Shown here in pieces: positions 47,223-57,418 of a DNA stretch of 64,000 nt (positions are counted from its first letter, which is position 1; each line of letters starts with the position of its first letter). The notes below the pieces were generated by a model. That model saw nothing but the letters and a program-made list of their open reading frames with translations, was not told where the DNA came from and did no database searches. The stretch lies in the NCBI GenBank assembly GCA_964625685.1, contig CAZVBO010000003.1, positions 298-64,297 on the forward strand. The letters are read 5' to 3'. This stretch comes from an uncultured Pseudomonadales bacterium. Lineage in GTDB: Bacteria; Patescibacteriota; Microgenomatia; UBA1400; PJMF01. A program made the translations under genes and the position numbers.

Positions 47223-48881
47223 TTAAGCATGATTCTGACCATTCGTCTGCTGGTTTTCTCGTTTTTCGAGCCAACAGAATCCTAAGGGTTCGAGCATGGC
47301 TTTTTTCCCTAGTGAAAATTGAGTACTACTTACAAATTGAACTTGCCATTGATCTGATGGGTAGGATTTAGGCAACTTCACAGTCTGATCTGATAAATTA
47401 TGATACATTACCACTTGAGTAAGTTGGTTTTGATATTGAATTCCGAAAAGTGCTTTGTGGGAAGTTTTAATCAACTGACAATTTTCTTGCAAAAAAAGTC
47501 CGTCATACGACTTTCTCAGTTCTATTAGCTTTCGAATACAGTTCCACAGAGAGTTCGGATCTTGTTGAGCTTGAAGCGCATTGACTTTTTTGTAGCTAAA
47601 CTTCCCATGATCTATAACGCTACGATACATTTTACGGTGATTAGCTAAGGAGAAGCCTGCTTGAGGGTTGCTATTCCATTGCATCGGAGTTCTGACCGCA
47701 TTTCGGAAAGGCAAAGCTAAATTTTCACCCATGCCGATTTCATCTCCGTATGGGATCATGACTGCTCCAGGTAGAGAAAATAAAATACTATATGCTAACT
47801 TCAGTTTTGCTAAATCCCCATCCAACATAGGTGCGATCCGTCGACGAATTCCTCGTTGATATGCTCGCATATCTTGTGAAGGTGCAAGTACATCCATTAC
47901 TTTATTTCGAGTAATACTGGGCAGCTTTTCTAAATTTAACTCATCCAAATTACGAATAAAATTCACCCATTCACAGTCACGAGGAAGAGTTAATTGTTTT
48001 GTTAAGCGTCGAGAAATAGCCTGACCGTTTTTTTCGACCAATGACACATACAGATTGGCATTTAAATAAAAATTATAGAGCAGATTAAAACGGGTTCCAT
48101 TTTTGACAAATTGATTAAATTGTCCATCTTTAACATCAGCTTCTGCCCATAAAATACCATCCGGAACCTTCTGCTTGACTAGTTTTCTCATTTTCTCAAT
48201 AAAATCAGTGGGATTTTTCATCTGTGTACCATCAATCCCCTTTTTCTCAAATGCCATGGTCGCGGCATCCACTCGAAAACCCGCAATTCCAAATGACAGC
48301 CAAAATTTCATAATGGCAAAGAGTTCCTCTTGTACATTGGGATTGGCAATATTGAGGTCAGGTTCATATTCATAAAATCGATGATAGTAATAGGCATTTG
48401 CCACCCGATCATATGTCCACACCGTATGCTGTTCCCCCAACATCGCCGGCTTATTGGTAGGATTATTCAACTCGGGATCAGGGAGTGAGTCGGTCCAAAT
48501 ATAATAATTTCGATAAGGAGAATCAGGATCAATCCGACCTACTTGAAACCAGGGGTGCTCATGAGAAGTATGATGATACACAAAATCAATAATGATTTGA
48601 ATATCCCGTTTTTTCGCTTCCCTGACCAATTCATGGAAATCTTCAAAGTTGCCCAAACGATGGTCTATTTGATAATGATTGACTACATCATAACCATTAT
48701 CTAGATCGGTAGAATCATAAAACGGCAACAGCCAGAGACAGTTAATTCCTAGTTTTTGCAGATAATCTAACTCAGAAATAACTCCTCTAATATCTCCAAT
48801 TCCATCTCCAGTTGAATCCTTAAAAACCTTGATATCTAGTGCATAAATAATGGCAGAGGTATACCAAGCAGGTCGTTTCAT
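47223..48881 (-). CDS. GH13 trehalose synthase-like (TreS-like) alpha-glucan enzyme
   Basis: WLLPFY..DNGYDV, YYYHRFY.YEPDLN, GFRVDA, GIRRRIAPML, YGDEIGMG; start at MKRPAWY. Confidence 0.75.
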   Translation of the reverse strand: MKRPAWYTSAIIYALDIKVFKDSTGDGIGDIRGVISELDYLQKLGINCLWLLPFYDSTDLDNGYDVVNHYQIDHRLGNFEDFHELVREAKKRDIQIIIDFVYHHTSHEHPWFQVGRIDPDSPYRNYYIWTDSLPDPELNNPTNKPAMLGEQHTVWTYDRVANAYYYHRFYEYEPDLNIANPNVQEELFAIMKFWLSFGIAGFRVDAATMAFEKKGIDGTQMKNPTDFIEKMRKLVKQKVPDGILWAEADVKDGQFNQFVKNGTRFNLLYNFYLNANLYVSLVEKNGQAISRRLTKQLTLPRDCEWVNFIRNLDELNLEKLPSITRNKVMDVLAPSQDMRAYQRGIRRRIAPMLDGDLAKLKLAYSILFSLPGAVMIPYGDEIGMGENLALPFRNAVRTPMQWNSNPQAGFSLANHRKMYRSVIDHGKFSYKKVNALQAQQDPNSLWNCIRKLIELRKSYDGLFLQENCQLIKTSHKALFGIQYQNQLTQVVMYHNLSDQTVKLPKSYPSDQWQVQFVSSTQFSLGKKAMLEPLGFCWLEKRENQQTNGQNHA

Positions 48882-48891
48882 AAAACCTTTC

Positions 48892-50505
48892 TTAGTTTTT
48901 AATATCGTAAAGTATGATTCCTTGATTTGGTAAGAGATGAAAGTGAGCAAAATCAGTGAGAGTTTGACCATCCAATTGCTTTAAAGTATCAACGCATACT
49001 GCTGCTTCAGTGAAAGGTAAGCTCAGCACTTGATCTTCATTACTATAGTTGAGTATTACGACCAGCCGATCAGATTCGGCATATCTTTCATAGATAAATA
49101 CTTGATCAGTACTTTCAGTTAAAGATCGATACTTACCATTAGTCAGAATTGGAAAAGTATGACGAAGATGGAGCAACTGACGATACAATTCTAAAAAAGA
49201 AGTTCCTTTGCCTCGTTCAGTTTCTACATTCCACTCAGCCGCATCGCTGGCTACTGGCAACCAGGGTTCGGTTTCAGAAAAACCAGCATAAGGACCCGCA
49301 TTCCATTGCATCGGAGTTCGCTGCGGGTCACGGCCCAAGCCCAAACCGGGTGAATTTATTTCAAACGGGTCGATTACTTGTTCCGGTAAGATTGTTCCAT
49401 TGGTCATCCCAATTTCTTCACCATAATACACAAATGGGATACCTCTTAAGGTAAATTGAAGCATAGCCGCTACTTTGGCTTGATCCCGGCCAATCCGGTA
49501 AGCCACTCGGGGTTGATCATGATTGCCCAATACATAGGTCGGCAAATAGTCAGGCCCAACCTTGAGATCAAATTCATCGATATACTGCCGATGCACATCT
49601 GCTCTCCATGGCGATAAGATCAACCCAAAGTTAAAAGGTGCAAACCACGGCTTTTCCACTTGTGAGTACATTCCAACCAGATCATCAATATTGGCATAAA
49701 CTTCAGTTACCATAAACTTTTGGCCATATTCCTCTAAAATGGCGGCTAGTTGGCGGAGCATATCCAAAGTCTCTGGTTGACCAAAGGAATATGTATGAAT
49801 TAAGGAATCGTGAGGACCATGTTGGCCGAAGACATAAATGGGATTGGGCGGTTCATCTAAAAAGCGGTCATCTTTAAATAGAAAATCATAGGCATCGATT
49901 CTAAAGCCATCAACCCCTCGATCTAGCCAAAAACGCAGGACGCTTTTCATTTCAGCCACCACTGCAGGGTTACGCCAATTCAAATCTGGCTGATGTTTAT
50001 CAAAACTATGCAGGTAGTATTGATTCGTTCGCTCGTCATATTCCCAGGCAGAACCACCAAAGACACTCACCCAATTGTTGGGAGGCTCGCCTTCGGCTCG
50101 CCCTGGTCGCCATATATACCAATCTCGTTTGTCATTGTCTAAACTCGTCCGAGATTCACCAAACCAAGGGTGTTCCGAGGAAGTATGATTCGGAATGTAA
50201 TCCATTAATACTTTTAAACCACGCTGATGAGCTTCAGTTATCAACTGATCAAAATCTTCTAGAGTTCCAAATAAGGGATCAATGTTTTTGTAGTCACTGA
50301 CATCATACCCAAAGTCTGCCATCGGAGAAGGATAAATCGGAGACAACCAAATCGCATCTACATCCAAAGAATCTGAAGTACCTTTCAGATAATCTAAGTG
50401 ATGGATGATCCCTTGAAGATCGCCGATACCATCATGATTAGTATCTTGAAAACTCCGCGGATAAATATGGTAAATGATTGCATTTTTGATCCAATGTTGG
50501 TCCAT
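48892..50505 (-). CDS. GH13 alpha-glucosidase / oligo-1,6-glucosidase
   Basis: YPRSFQD, DFGYDVSDY, PNHTS, QPDLNW, GFRIDA, GNHD, RTPMQW. Confidence 0.9.
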   Translation of the reverse strand: MDQHWIKNAIIYHIYPRSFQDTNHDGIGDLQGIIHHLDYLKGTSDSLDVDAIWLSPIYPSPMADFGYDVSDYKNIDPLFGTLEDFDQLITEAHQRGLKVLMDYIPNHTSSEHPWFGESRTSLDNDKRDWYIWRPGRAEGEPPNNWVSVFGGSAWEYDERTNQYYLHSFDKHQPDLNWRNPAVVAEMKSVLRFWLDRGVDGFRIDAYDFLFKDDRFLDEPPNPIYVFGQHGPHDSLIHTYSFGQPETLDMLRQLAAILEEYGQKFMVTEVYANIDDLVGMYSQVEKPWFAPFNFGLILSPWRADVHRQYIDEFDLKVGPDYLPTYVLGNHDQPRVAYRIGRDQAKVAAMLQFTLRGIPFVYYGEEIGMTNGTILPEQVIDPFEINSPGLGLGRDPQRTPMQWNAGPYAGFSETEPWLPVASDAAEWNVETERGKGTSFLELYRQLLHLRHTFPILTNGKYRSLTESTDQVFIYERYAESDRLVVILNYSNEDQVLSLPFTEAAVCVDTLKQLDGQTLTDFAHFHLLPNQGIILYDIKN

Positions 50506-50533
50506 AATTTACTTTCTATGTCTGCTTATATTT

Positions 50534-50614
50534 TTAAAAAATTCGACCTAAAATCCACATCACTACTAAGACTCCTGCCGGGACACCTAATAACCACAAG
50601 AAGAAATATTTCAT
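50534..50614 (-). CDS. unannotated 26-aa hydrophobic small protein
   Basis: Hand translation MKYFFLWLLGVPAGVLVVMWILGRIF; TACACT -10 upstream. Confidence 0.6.
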   Translation of the reverse strand: MKYFFLWLLGVPAGVLVVMWILGRIF

Positions 50615-50693
50615 GTTCGCTTCTAACTATTATTGGTTAAGTGTAAGGATCAATTACCAAAAAAAAGATAGAAAAAAGTGAGAACTAAGTAAG

Positions 50694-51569
50694 TTACATC
50701 GGCATTTCATCACCACCCGTAACACCATAGATGTGACCAGTCACATAGCTAGCATCATCTGAGGCAAGAAAGACAAATACTTTAGCGACTTCAATCGGTT
50801 GACCAGGACGTCCTAACTCCGTGTGTTGTCCAAAAGTTTCCACCATGTCGGGCGGCATTGCCATTGGATTCAGCGGGGACCAAATGGGACCCGGAGCCAC
50901 TCCATTGACTCGAATGCCGCTCTCACCTGCATACTTCGCCATTGATTTGGTAAAACTCGCAATAGCCGCTTTAGTAGCGGCATAAGGCATAATCAAGGGG
51001 CTAGGATTAAAGGCTTGGATAGAACTGGTATTCAGAATTACTGAACCTGGAGGGAGATGCTTCCAAGCAGCTTTAGTCAAAAAGAACATGGCATAGATAT
51101 TAGTGCGAAAGGTTTGATCTAATTGAGCTTCCGTAATTTCATCCAACGTTTTAAATGCCATCTGATAGGCTGCGTTATTTACCAAAATATCTAACTTCCC
51201 AAACTTATTAAGAGTCTGATCAATAATATCTTGGCAATGGGCTTCGTCTTGAATATCTCCCGGAATTCCTAGAATCTTTTGGCCTGTTTCTTCGACTGCC
51301 CGAATAACTTCCATGGCATCTCGTTCTTCTTCAGGTAAATAGGAGATGACAATGTTGGCGCCTTCACAGGCAAACGTATAGGCAATAGCTCGACCAATAC
51401 CGCTGTCACCACCAGTGATGATGGCCACTTTGTCTTTGAGCTTGCCTGTGCCCTGATAGGTCTTATACCCAAAGTCAGGAGCCGGATCAAGCTTATACTC
51501 GAAGCCGGGAAATTCCTGGGGTTGCTTTTTAAAGGGGGGGTTGGGGTACATATCTCTGGGATTTATCAT
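50694..51569 (-). CDS. SDR oxidoreductase (YghA/YdaD general-stress type)
   Basis: ITGGDSGIGRA, NNAAYQ, YAATK, VAPGPIW. Confidence 0.92.
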   Translation of the reverse strand: MINPRDMYPNPPFKKQPQEFPGFEYKLDPAPDFGYKTYQGTGKLKDKVAIITGGDSGIGRAIAYTFACEGANIVISYLPEEERDAMEVIRAVEETGQKILGIPGDIQDEAHCQDIIDQTLNKFGKLDILVNNAAYQMAFKTLDEITEAQLDQTFRTNIYAMFFLTKAAWKHLPPGSVILNTSSIQAFNPSPLIMPYAATKAAIASFTKSMAKYAGESGIRVNGVAPGPIWSPLNPMAMPPDMVETFGQHTELGRPGQPIEVAKVFVFLASDDASYVTGHIYGVTGGDEMPM

Positions 51570-51638
51570 GCCCCAACTCTATCAATCATCTTTCAATCAC
51601 CAGGTAGAACCGCGTAAGAGGCGGGTAAGGGAGAAAGC

Positions 51639-52328
51639 TTATGATAATAATTCTCTAACAGTAGCTTGGGCTAAAATTTCCATGGTGTCTACAATAGTCA
51701 TTCCGGATATTTCGTGAATGAGTAATTGCAAATCGGTACAAGCCAAGAGAACAGTCTTAATATTTTTATCAGAAAAGGAACGAATCATTTGTTCCAATTT
51801 CTGTTGATCATCCATTGTTTCTTTTCGCAGAACTAGTCGATCAATAATCTGACTCAGTAGCGTTTGATCATCCTGAGGAAGGTAGGTAACCCTACAATGA
51901 ACTGACTCTAAACTTGAGGTATACAATTTTTTAGACACCGTAAAGGAAGTTGCCAAAATTCCCACTTGATTAAGTTGCCGGGTTTTTACGAAGTAAGCAG
52001 TTTCATCAATAATACTCAAAACCGGAATAGTAACCGATTGACGAACTTGTTCAATTAATACATGAACAGAGTTACAAGGTATAACTATAAAGTCCGCACC
52101 ACCTGCTTCTAAGTGTTGAGCAGCCTTAATCATAAAAGGCAGATACTCAGCTTCTCCCCTCCCATGCAAAATTAAATTTTCTTCAACTTGATAGGGTAAA
52201 GGAATACTGTGAATCAAGACTGGTGGTCGAGCTTTATCAAACTGTTGACAAGTTAATTCAATAATCCGGAGATAAAACTCAGCGGTTGTTTCCGGTCCTA
52301 GTCCCCCAATAATACCAACGGTTTTCAT
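51639..52328 (-). CDS. aspartate/glutamate racemase family protein
   Basis: GIIGGLGP, IPCNS and LACTD catalytic cysteines. Confidence 0.9.
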   Translation of the reverse strand: MKTVGIIGGLGPETTAEFYLRIIELTCQQFDKARPPVLIHSIPLPYQVEENLILHGRGEAEYLPFMIKAAQHLEAGGADFIVIPCNSVHVLIEQVRQSVTIPVLSIIDETAYFVKTRQLNQVGILATSFTVSKKLYTSSLESVHCRVTYLPQDDQTLLSQIIDRLVLRKETMDDQQKLEQMIRSFSDKNIKTVLLACTDLQLLIHEISGMTIVDTMEILAQATVRELLS

Positions 52329-52391
52329 CCTTAAAGGATATCAATTAAAAATCCAGGTGAAAAGCTGGGAAATGATCCTTACGTGCTGAAT

Positions 52392-52568
52392 CTATTCAGT
52401 TTTTTCTAAATAGTGATCAAACGACTCTTCCAATCCTGCTAAAACTTCACCCACTGTGTCACAAAAAGTTGCACACTGGGGATCTTCGGTTTGCGTAGCA
52501 TGCATGCGGACTTCATCCCGTAAATCTTTTACCCGGTGATGAAAATCATCAATTTTATCTTTATCCAT
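52392..52568 (-). CDS. unannotated 58-aa protein
   Basis: Hand translation MDKDKIDDFHHRVKDLRDEVRMHATQTEDPQCATFCDTVGEVLAGLEESFDHYLEKTE with a strong AGGAGG SD. Confidence 0.7.
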   Translation of the reverse strand: MDKDKIDDFHHRVKDLRDEVRMHATQTEDPQCATFCDTVGEVLAGLEESFDHYLEKTE

Positions 52569-52588
52569 AAAAACCTCCTTTTTATATA

Positions 52589-53101
52589 TTAACTTTGTTC
52601 TCTCCGAGCTTCTTGAGCTTTCTTAATATTTTCCTGTCTCGCCTGTTGTTGAGCTTCAGTTGGTTTTTCACTTTCGGGGACATCCCGCCGTGGATTTCCT
52701 TCAAAAATGTCACCTTCAACGTGGGAAACAGGACCATAGGTATCTAAAATTTCCTGAACGTCACTATCATCAGTAACTAAAGTTTCATCCTTCATTTCTG
52801 CCATCTTTTTTTCAATCAACCAAGCTTGAGTATCCCAACTGCCGTCCGGTCTTTGTCCAGCTAACCGTTGAACTCCACCTTTCTCACCAACATCTTGATT
52901 CCGAAAAGTTTTAAATTGATCTTTATCGCGAATTACTATCCGAAAGTAATCACCCTCCCCAGTGGAACCAGGCTCAGCTCTATCTTCTCCTCCAGGTTGT
53001 GCCTCAGCTCTTTCCTCATGAGACATTGATTGCCACTTATCTTGAGCTTTCTTAATATTTTCCTGAGCCGCTTGCTTTTGATCATCACTCGTCATTATCA
53101 A
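52589..53101 (-). CDS. hydrophilic protein with terminal QENIKKAQ repeats
   Basis: Acidic ORF; 26-bp exact direct repeat at 52611-52636 and 53040-53065. Confidence 0.75.
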   Translation of the reverse strand: MIMTSDDQKQAAQENIKKAQDKWQSMSHEERAEAQPGGEDRAEPGSTGEGDYFRIVIRDKDQFKTFRNQDVGEKGGVQRLAGQRPDGSWDTQAWLIEKKMAEMKDETLVTDDSDVQEILDTYGPVSHVEGDIFEGNPRRDVPESEKPTEAQQQARQENIKKAQEARREQS

Positions 53102-53178
53102 CTCCTTTTTTCACTTCTATAAAAGAATAGAACAAAGAGATTAAATTGAGGTAAAAGAGATGTTAGAGGGAAGTAAAA

Positions 53179-53895
53179 TTACTCAATGGGGTAACAGCCT
53201 TGGTTTTCATACCACTGGTAGTTTTTTAATTGGCTTACACAACAATCGGCATCGTCTCCAGCTGTACAGTGACGAGGACAAATTCCATCACTGGTGGCGG
53301 AGCAAGCTACTTCCTGCGGATAGCAACCCCTACCTTCATACCATTGATAATTTTTGAGTTTTGTTTCGCAACAATCCGCATCATTTCCGGCTGTACATGT
53401 GGCTGAGCAAATACCGTCATTTTTTGCAGAACAAGCTGGTTCTGGGTAACAACCCCAGTTTTCATACCAGTGATAGCCTGTTACTTTTCCACAGCAATCA
53501 CTATCATTACCCGCCGTACAACTTTGGGGACAAACCTTATCCGCAGTACCTGAGCAGCTCACAGCCGGTTGTATTACTTTAGGTGAGGGCTTAATGGTGG
53601 GTTTTGTTGTAGGAATAGAAGTGGGTTTTAAAGTAGGAGAAATGATCGTAGGTTGAGTAGACTGAACAGGCTCAACTTTGACAGCTGGCTGAGAGTTGCC
53701 TCCACACATCACCATTTCTGAATATAAACACGATGAACCACGCCAGCCATCACTACAAATTACTTTTCCGTTTCCTTGAGAGCCAGCTCCACAGTTGACG
53801 CCACCATGTCCAGAGCAACACCCACTTTTAGCCGAAACTCGAGAGGTTAGAATCAATGAAATAAAAAAGAGACCAATGATTAAAATTTTTTTCAT
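53179..53895 (-). CDS. secreted Cys-rich repeat protein
   Basis: Signal peptide, SGCCSGHGGV domain, Pro/Thr linker, three C-S-x3-D-x2-C-x3-CTAG-x-D-x-DCC...WYE-x2-GCYP repeats. Confidence 0.8.
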   Translation of the reverse strand: MKKILIIGLFFISLILTSRVSAKSGCCSGHGGVNCGAGSQGNGKVICSDGWRGSSCLYSEMVMCGGNSQPAVKVEPVQSTQPTIISPTLKPTSIPTTKPTIKPSPKVIQPAVSCSGTADKVCPQSCTAGNDSDCCGKVTGYHWYENWGCYPEPACSAKNDGICSATCTAGNDADCCETKLKNYQWYEGRGCYPQEVACSATSDGICPRHCTAGDDADCCVSQLKNYQWYENQGCYPIE

Positions 53896-53959
53896 ATCAG
53901 CCTAAAAAGCACTTTATATGGCTGATTATATATTCTTTTAAAAGAAGGGCAAATGAAGA

Positions 53960-55204
53960 TTATTTACGTACAAATAAAATAGCGTTAGGAATGTTTCTGC
54001 CGGGACCAACTTTGTAACCACCAGCCCACAGAGCAGTTGATCCTCCACTATCTAAATTGAGAGCATTTTCCATCCCTAAAGCCTGTAAAGCCAGAGCAGA
54101 TTCTGCTACCGTCACATTATGAACTACTCCAATATAAACGGTATTGCCTTTGTTAGCGACAAAACTCCGATTACCTCGGCTGCCTTTTTTAGGATCATCA
54201 TCGCCTCCAAAAACAATATTACCACCAGACACCAAGAGTGGATAATTAGACAATACTCCAGTTGGTCCAGTATCTCTTCCCCAACCGGACATGGCACCAA
54301 TAAATCTCACTGATCCATCAAAGAAGACTACTCCGGGATTAACACTATAGACATTATTATCCGAATTAAAGTAGGTCTTATCTTTGTTCATCACCAATAA
54401 ATCGTATGAATTCGTTTTCCCAGCACAAGAGGGATAACTCGCCGGACAAAAGTATGTTCCATTCACTCCAGCGTAAGCCCCATTCCGGGCCACATAGTCT
54501 CCCAAAGACAGTACCGGACAATCATTAGCACAATCTGAACCAGAAGCAGTATCGACAATGACTCGCGTTGAACCCAACTCGCCTGCCACTAAACTGACCG
54601 TATATTGATTGCCATTCACACTCACGACTTGCCGGTTATATCCATTAGCTGGTGGAGTATTACTGGTAGTATTAGTCGGTGTATCCGAAGACTGGACTGA
54701 TGAAGTGGGGGTTCGCTGAGCTAATAAAGCAGCCTGTTGATCAGCTGCTATTTTGGCTTGAGCTGAATCTAATTCCTGATTGACTTGGGCTAATAATTTT
54801 TCAGCTTCCTGATATTTCTGCTCTGCTAAGTAACGTAAAATTTGGGCAAATTCTGTTTTTTGAGTGCCAGTATCAATTCGTTGAACGGCAAAATCATCCA
54901 ATTTTTCATACAGTTTGACCGCAGCAGTGTAATTGGTTTCAATAGCTTCAATTCGAGCTTGGAGTTCCTCATTGCGTTGATATTGATCCACCGATTTTAA
55001 TTGATCCAGTTGCTGCTGAGTATCACTCAGTCGTTCTTGAACCTGAATCACCTGAGCTTGAAATTGTTGCTGTTGGTAATGGACATATCCATAAACCACA
55101 ACTGAGAGACCAATCATAATCAGCAACACCAACAAAACACCTACTATCTTACGAGCTCGTCTGCTCAAAGAAAAAAAACGCCGTGGTTTGAAAGTTGATT
55201 TCAT
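53960..55204 (-). CDS. phosphodiester glycosidase (NAGPA/DUF2233) family protein with coiled coil
   Basis: TM, coiled coil, GVNGTYF, ALNLDSGGST. Confidence 0.8.
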   Translation of the reverse strand: MKSTFKPRRFFSLSRRARKIVGVLLVLLIMIGLSVVVYGYVHYQQQQFQAQVIQVQERLSDTQQQLDQLKSVDQYQRNEELQARIEAIETNYTAAVKLYEKLDDFAVQRIDTGTQKTEFAQILRYLAEQKYQEAEKLLAQVNQELDSAQAKIAADQQAALLAQRTPTSSVQSSDTPTNTTSNTPPANGYNRQVVSVNGNQYTVSLVAGELGSTRVIVDTASGSDCANDCPVLSLGDYVARNGAYAGVNGTYFCPASYPSCAGKTNSYDLLVMNKDKTYFNSDNNVYSVNPGVVFFDGSVRFIGAMSGWGRDTGPTGVLSNYPLLVSGGNIVFGGDDDPKKGSRGNRSFVANKGNTVYIGVVHNVTVAESALALQALGMENALNLDSGGSTALWAGGYKVGPGRNIPNAILFVRK

Positions 55205-55280
55205 ATGAATGACTTCATTATAGATAACTCAACTTAGATTCAAACTACACAAACTGGTATGAAAGGGGTAAGGAAAACTA

Positions 55281-57023
55281 TCAATCTTCTCCTTCGGCAC
55301 TTGCGGTTGCTGGCAGCTCATACACCTTCATCAGTTCAATGGGTTGAGGATTTAGACTCATAATGCTGTCAATTTGCTGGAACTGAGGCAAATCAGAGAG
55401 AGCTGGTTCTTCCTTGTTAAAACAGGTGTACCTAACAATGAAAAGGCTGTGCTGATGTGAGATGTCTTGACCCAGAGTGTAAGGAGAAATACATTCTGAA
55501 GTATCAAAATGTAAATTCTGAAAATCAGGTAACATTAAGGCTGAGTGAAATTGGTGACTTAAATCTTGATTAAAAATTTGATTAAAAAAGAGATAGAAAA
55601 TAGGAGCTTCATTTCGAGTTTCAATATAGATTTGATCATAGTCCAATTGCTTTTCTGCCAAGTAATGTGCCAAATTCTTCATCTCACTACTGCGATGGAT
55701 CATTTCCAAACTGCTACTATGCACTGCATACATATTCCCAAAATATAAAAACTCGCCAGCTATTACCACGAACAGCAACACACAGATTATTCTTCGCCAT
55801 ACTTGCTGCCATTCCAAAATAACTGCCCAGCCGTAGCCACTAATCAACACCAGTATCGGACCCATCAATGCTGCTCGATGAATATTGGGGACTTCATGCC
55901 CATGGGTTAAAGCAGCTGCCAATGGAGCTAACAGCAGTAACCAAATGAGAAAAATAAACCGTTGTTGAGTTTTAGCAGAAATAAAAATCTGATGATGAAA
56001 TCGGCGTAGTGATCTTTTCTGTAAAGAGGAAAACAAAATTACTCCAGCCACACCCAACAACCCTGCATAGCTGTAATACCACAACCCACTGTCAGGCACA
56101 GCATAACGGATAGGTAAACCACCTTTGGCAAATAAAAACTGCGGCGAAAAATAGGTACCGTATTGATACAAAAATTCTCGGCCCAACATCACTGGTTTAT
56201 TAAACAGAACTCTGGCTTTGACTGCATTTGCATTCCCTTCTTGAGCAATGTAGGTGCTTTGAGCCGCCAACAAGGGTTCAAAACCACTGGTCTGTTCAAA
56301 TCTGCCTCTGCCCCAAGTTGTTTGACTGATCACCATCGTTAAGCTAAAAGCGAAGAGCGTGCCAATAATCATCACCCATTTTTGTTTCTTGGTTTGAACC
56401 AGGAGAAATGTAGGCAATAACACCAGCGGGATAATGACTCGATAAGATGGATACAACAAATAAGTGAGTAACCACACGCCAATAGTTACCAAACTAAGCG
56501 GAATTGACTTCCTGTTAATACTCAAAAAGAACACCCATAATCCAAACAAAAAAACACTGCTCGCGGTAATTCCTTCAGCAGTAGCTCGTGATAAAACTAT
56601 ATGCCACGGCATAATCGCTAAACCCAGTGCTGTCAATACTGCGACAGTTTTACTTTGAAAAATTTGCCGGGTAATTAAATACACTAGCCATACTCCCAAA
56701 ACTCCAAAAACAGCAATGGGAAATCGCACTGCAAACTCAGTCACCCCAAAAACATAGGTAAAGATACCCGATACATACATGGGCAGGACATTAGGGTAGT
56801 CACCAAAATTGTTAAAATATAAAATTGGCCATTTGTTGCCGTAGAGATCTACTCCATTTTCCAAAATAAATCGACCCACGTAGCCATTCATGACTTCATC
56901 GACGTGAATATTTAAGGGCAATGTGCCTAAGTGATAAAGACGAAGAATTGCGGCAATGCATAAAATAAAACTTAATGAAAAAAAATAACGCCATTGATAA
57001 ATTTTTTTGAAAAAGATGTTCAC
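55281..57023 (-). CDS. GT-C fold glycosyltransferase (PMT/ArnT-like)
   Basis: LRLYHL..HVDE, FAVRFP, MPWHIVLSR, many TMs; GTG start. Confidence 0.85.
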   Translation of the reverse strand: MNIFFKKIYQWRYFFSLSFILCIAAILRLYHLGTLPLNIHVDEVMNGYVGRFILENGVDLYGNKWPILYFNNFGDYPNVLPMYVSGIFTYVFGVTEFAVRFPIAVFGVLGVWLVYLITRQIFQSKTVAVLTALGLAIMPWHIVLSRATAEGITASSVFLFGLWVFFLSINRKSIPLSLVTIGVWLLTYLLYPSYRVIIPLVLLPTFLLVQTKKQKWVMIIGTLFAFSLTMVISQTTWGRGRFEQTSGFEPLLAAQSTYIAQEGNANAVKARVLFNKPVMLGREFLYQYGTYFSPQFLFAKGGLPIRYAVPDSGLWYYSYAGLLGVAGVILFSSLQKRSLRRFHHQIFISAKTQQRFIFLIWLLLLAPLAAALTHGHEVPNIHRAALMGPILVLISGYGWAVILEWQQVWRRIICVLLFVVIAGEFLYFGNMYAVHSSSLEMIHRSSEMKNLAHYLAEKQLDYDQIYIETRNEAPIFYLFFNQIFNQDLSHQFHSALMLPDFQNLHFDTSECISPYTLGQDISHQHSLFIVRYTCFNKEEPALSDLPQFQQIDSIMSLNPQPIELMKVYELPATASAEGED

Positions 57024-57085
57024 AGCTAAAGTATAAACTATTCAGCTGATTCTTACATTGATCTGTTACACTCATCCACCTGCCC

Positions 57086-57418
57086 ATGAAGAAGTACCTA
57101 TTGCTCACTTTCCTAGCTTTGCTATCAATCCTTGTTTTTCGACAGCTCCATTCTTTTTCTGGGGAAAAAGGTGCCCCTCCTTACGTCGTAGAGGATTTAC
57201 AGCCACCCAGTGATACTGATGATGATTGGCTGACCAATTGGACCCGACCAGATAGCCCACCCAAAGTAGGCTTACAAGTGGGACACTGGCAAAATGATCA
57301 AGTTCCTCCTGAGTTAGAAAGACTGAAAGGCAACACTGGTGCCAGTGGCGGTGGCAAAGCGGAATGGGAAGTAAATCTGGCCATTGCTAAAGAAACAGCA
57401 ACTCTTTTAGAAAAACAA
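57086..57418 (+). pseudogene. N-acetylmuramoyl-L-alanine amidase (Amidase_3), 3'-truncated
   Basis: KVGLQVGH..GA....EWEVNLAIA..LLEKQ, then abrupt loss of homology; the later HAD and catalytic Glu motifs are missing. Confidence 0.7.
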
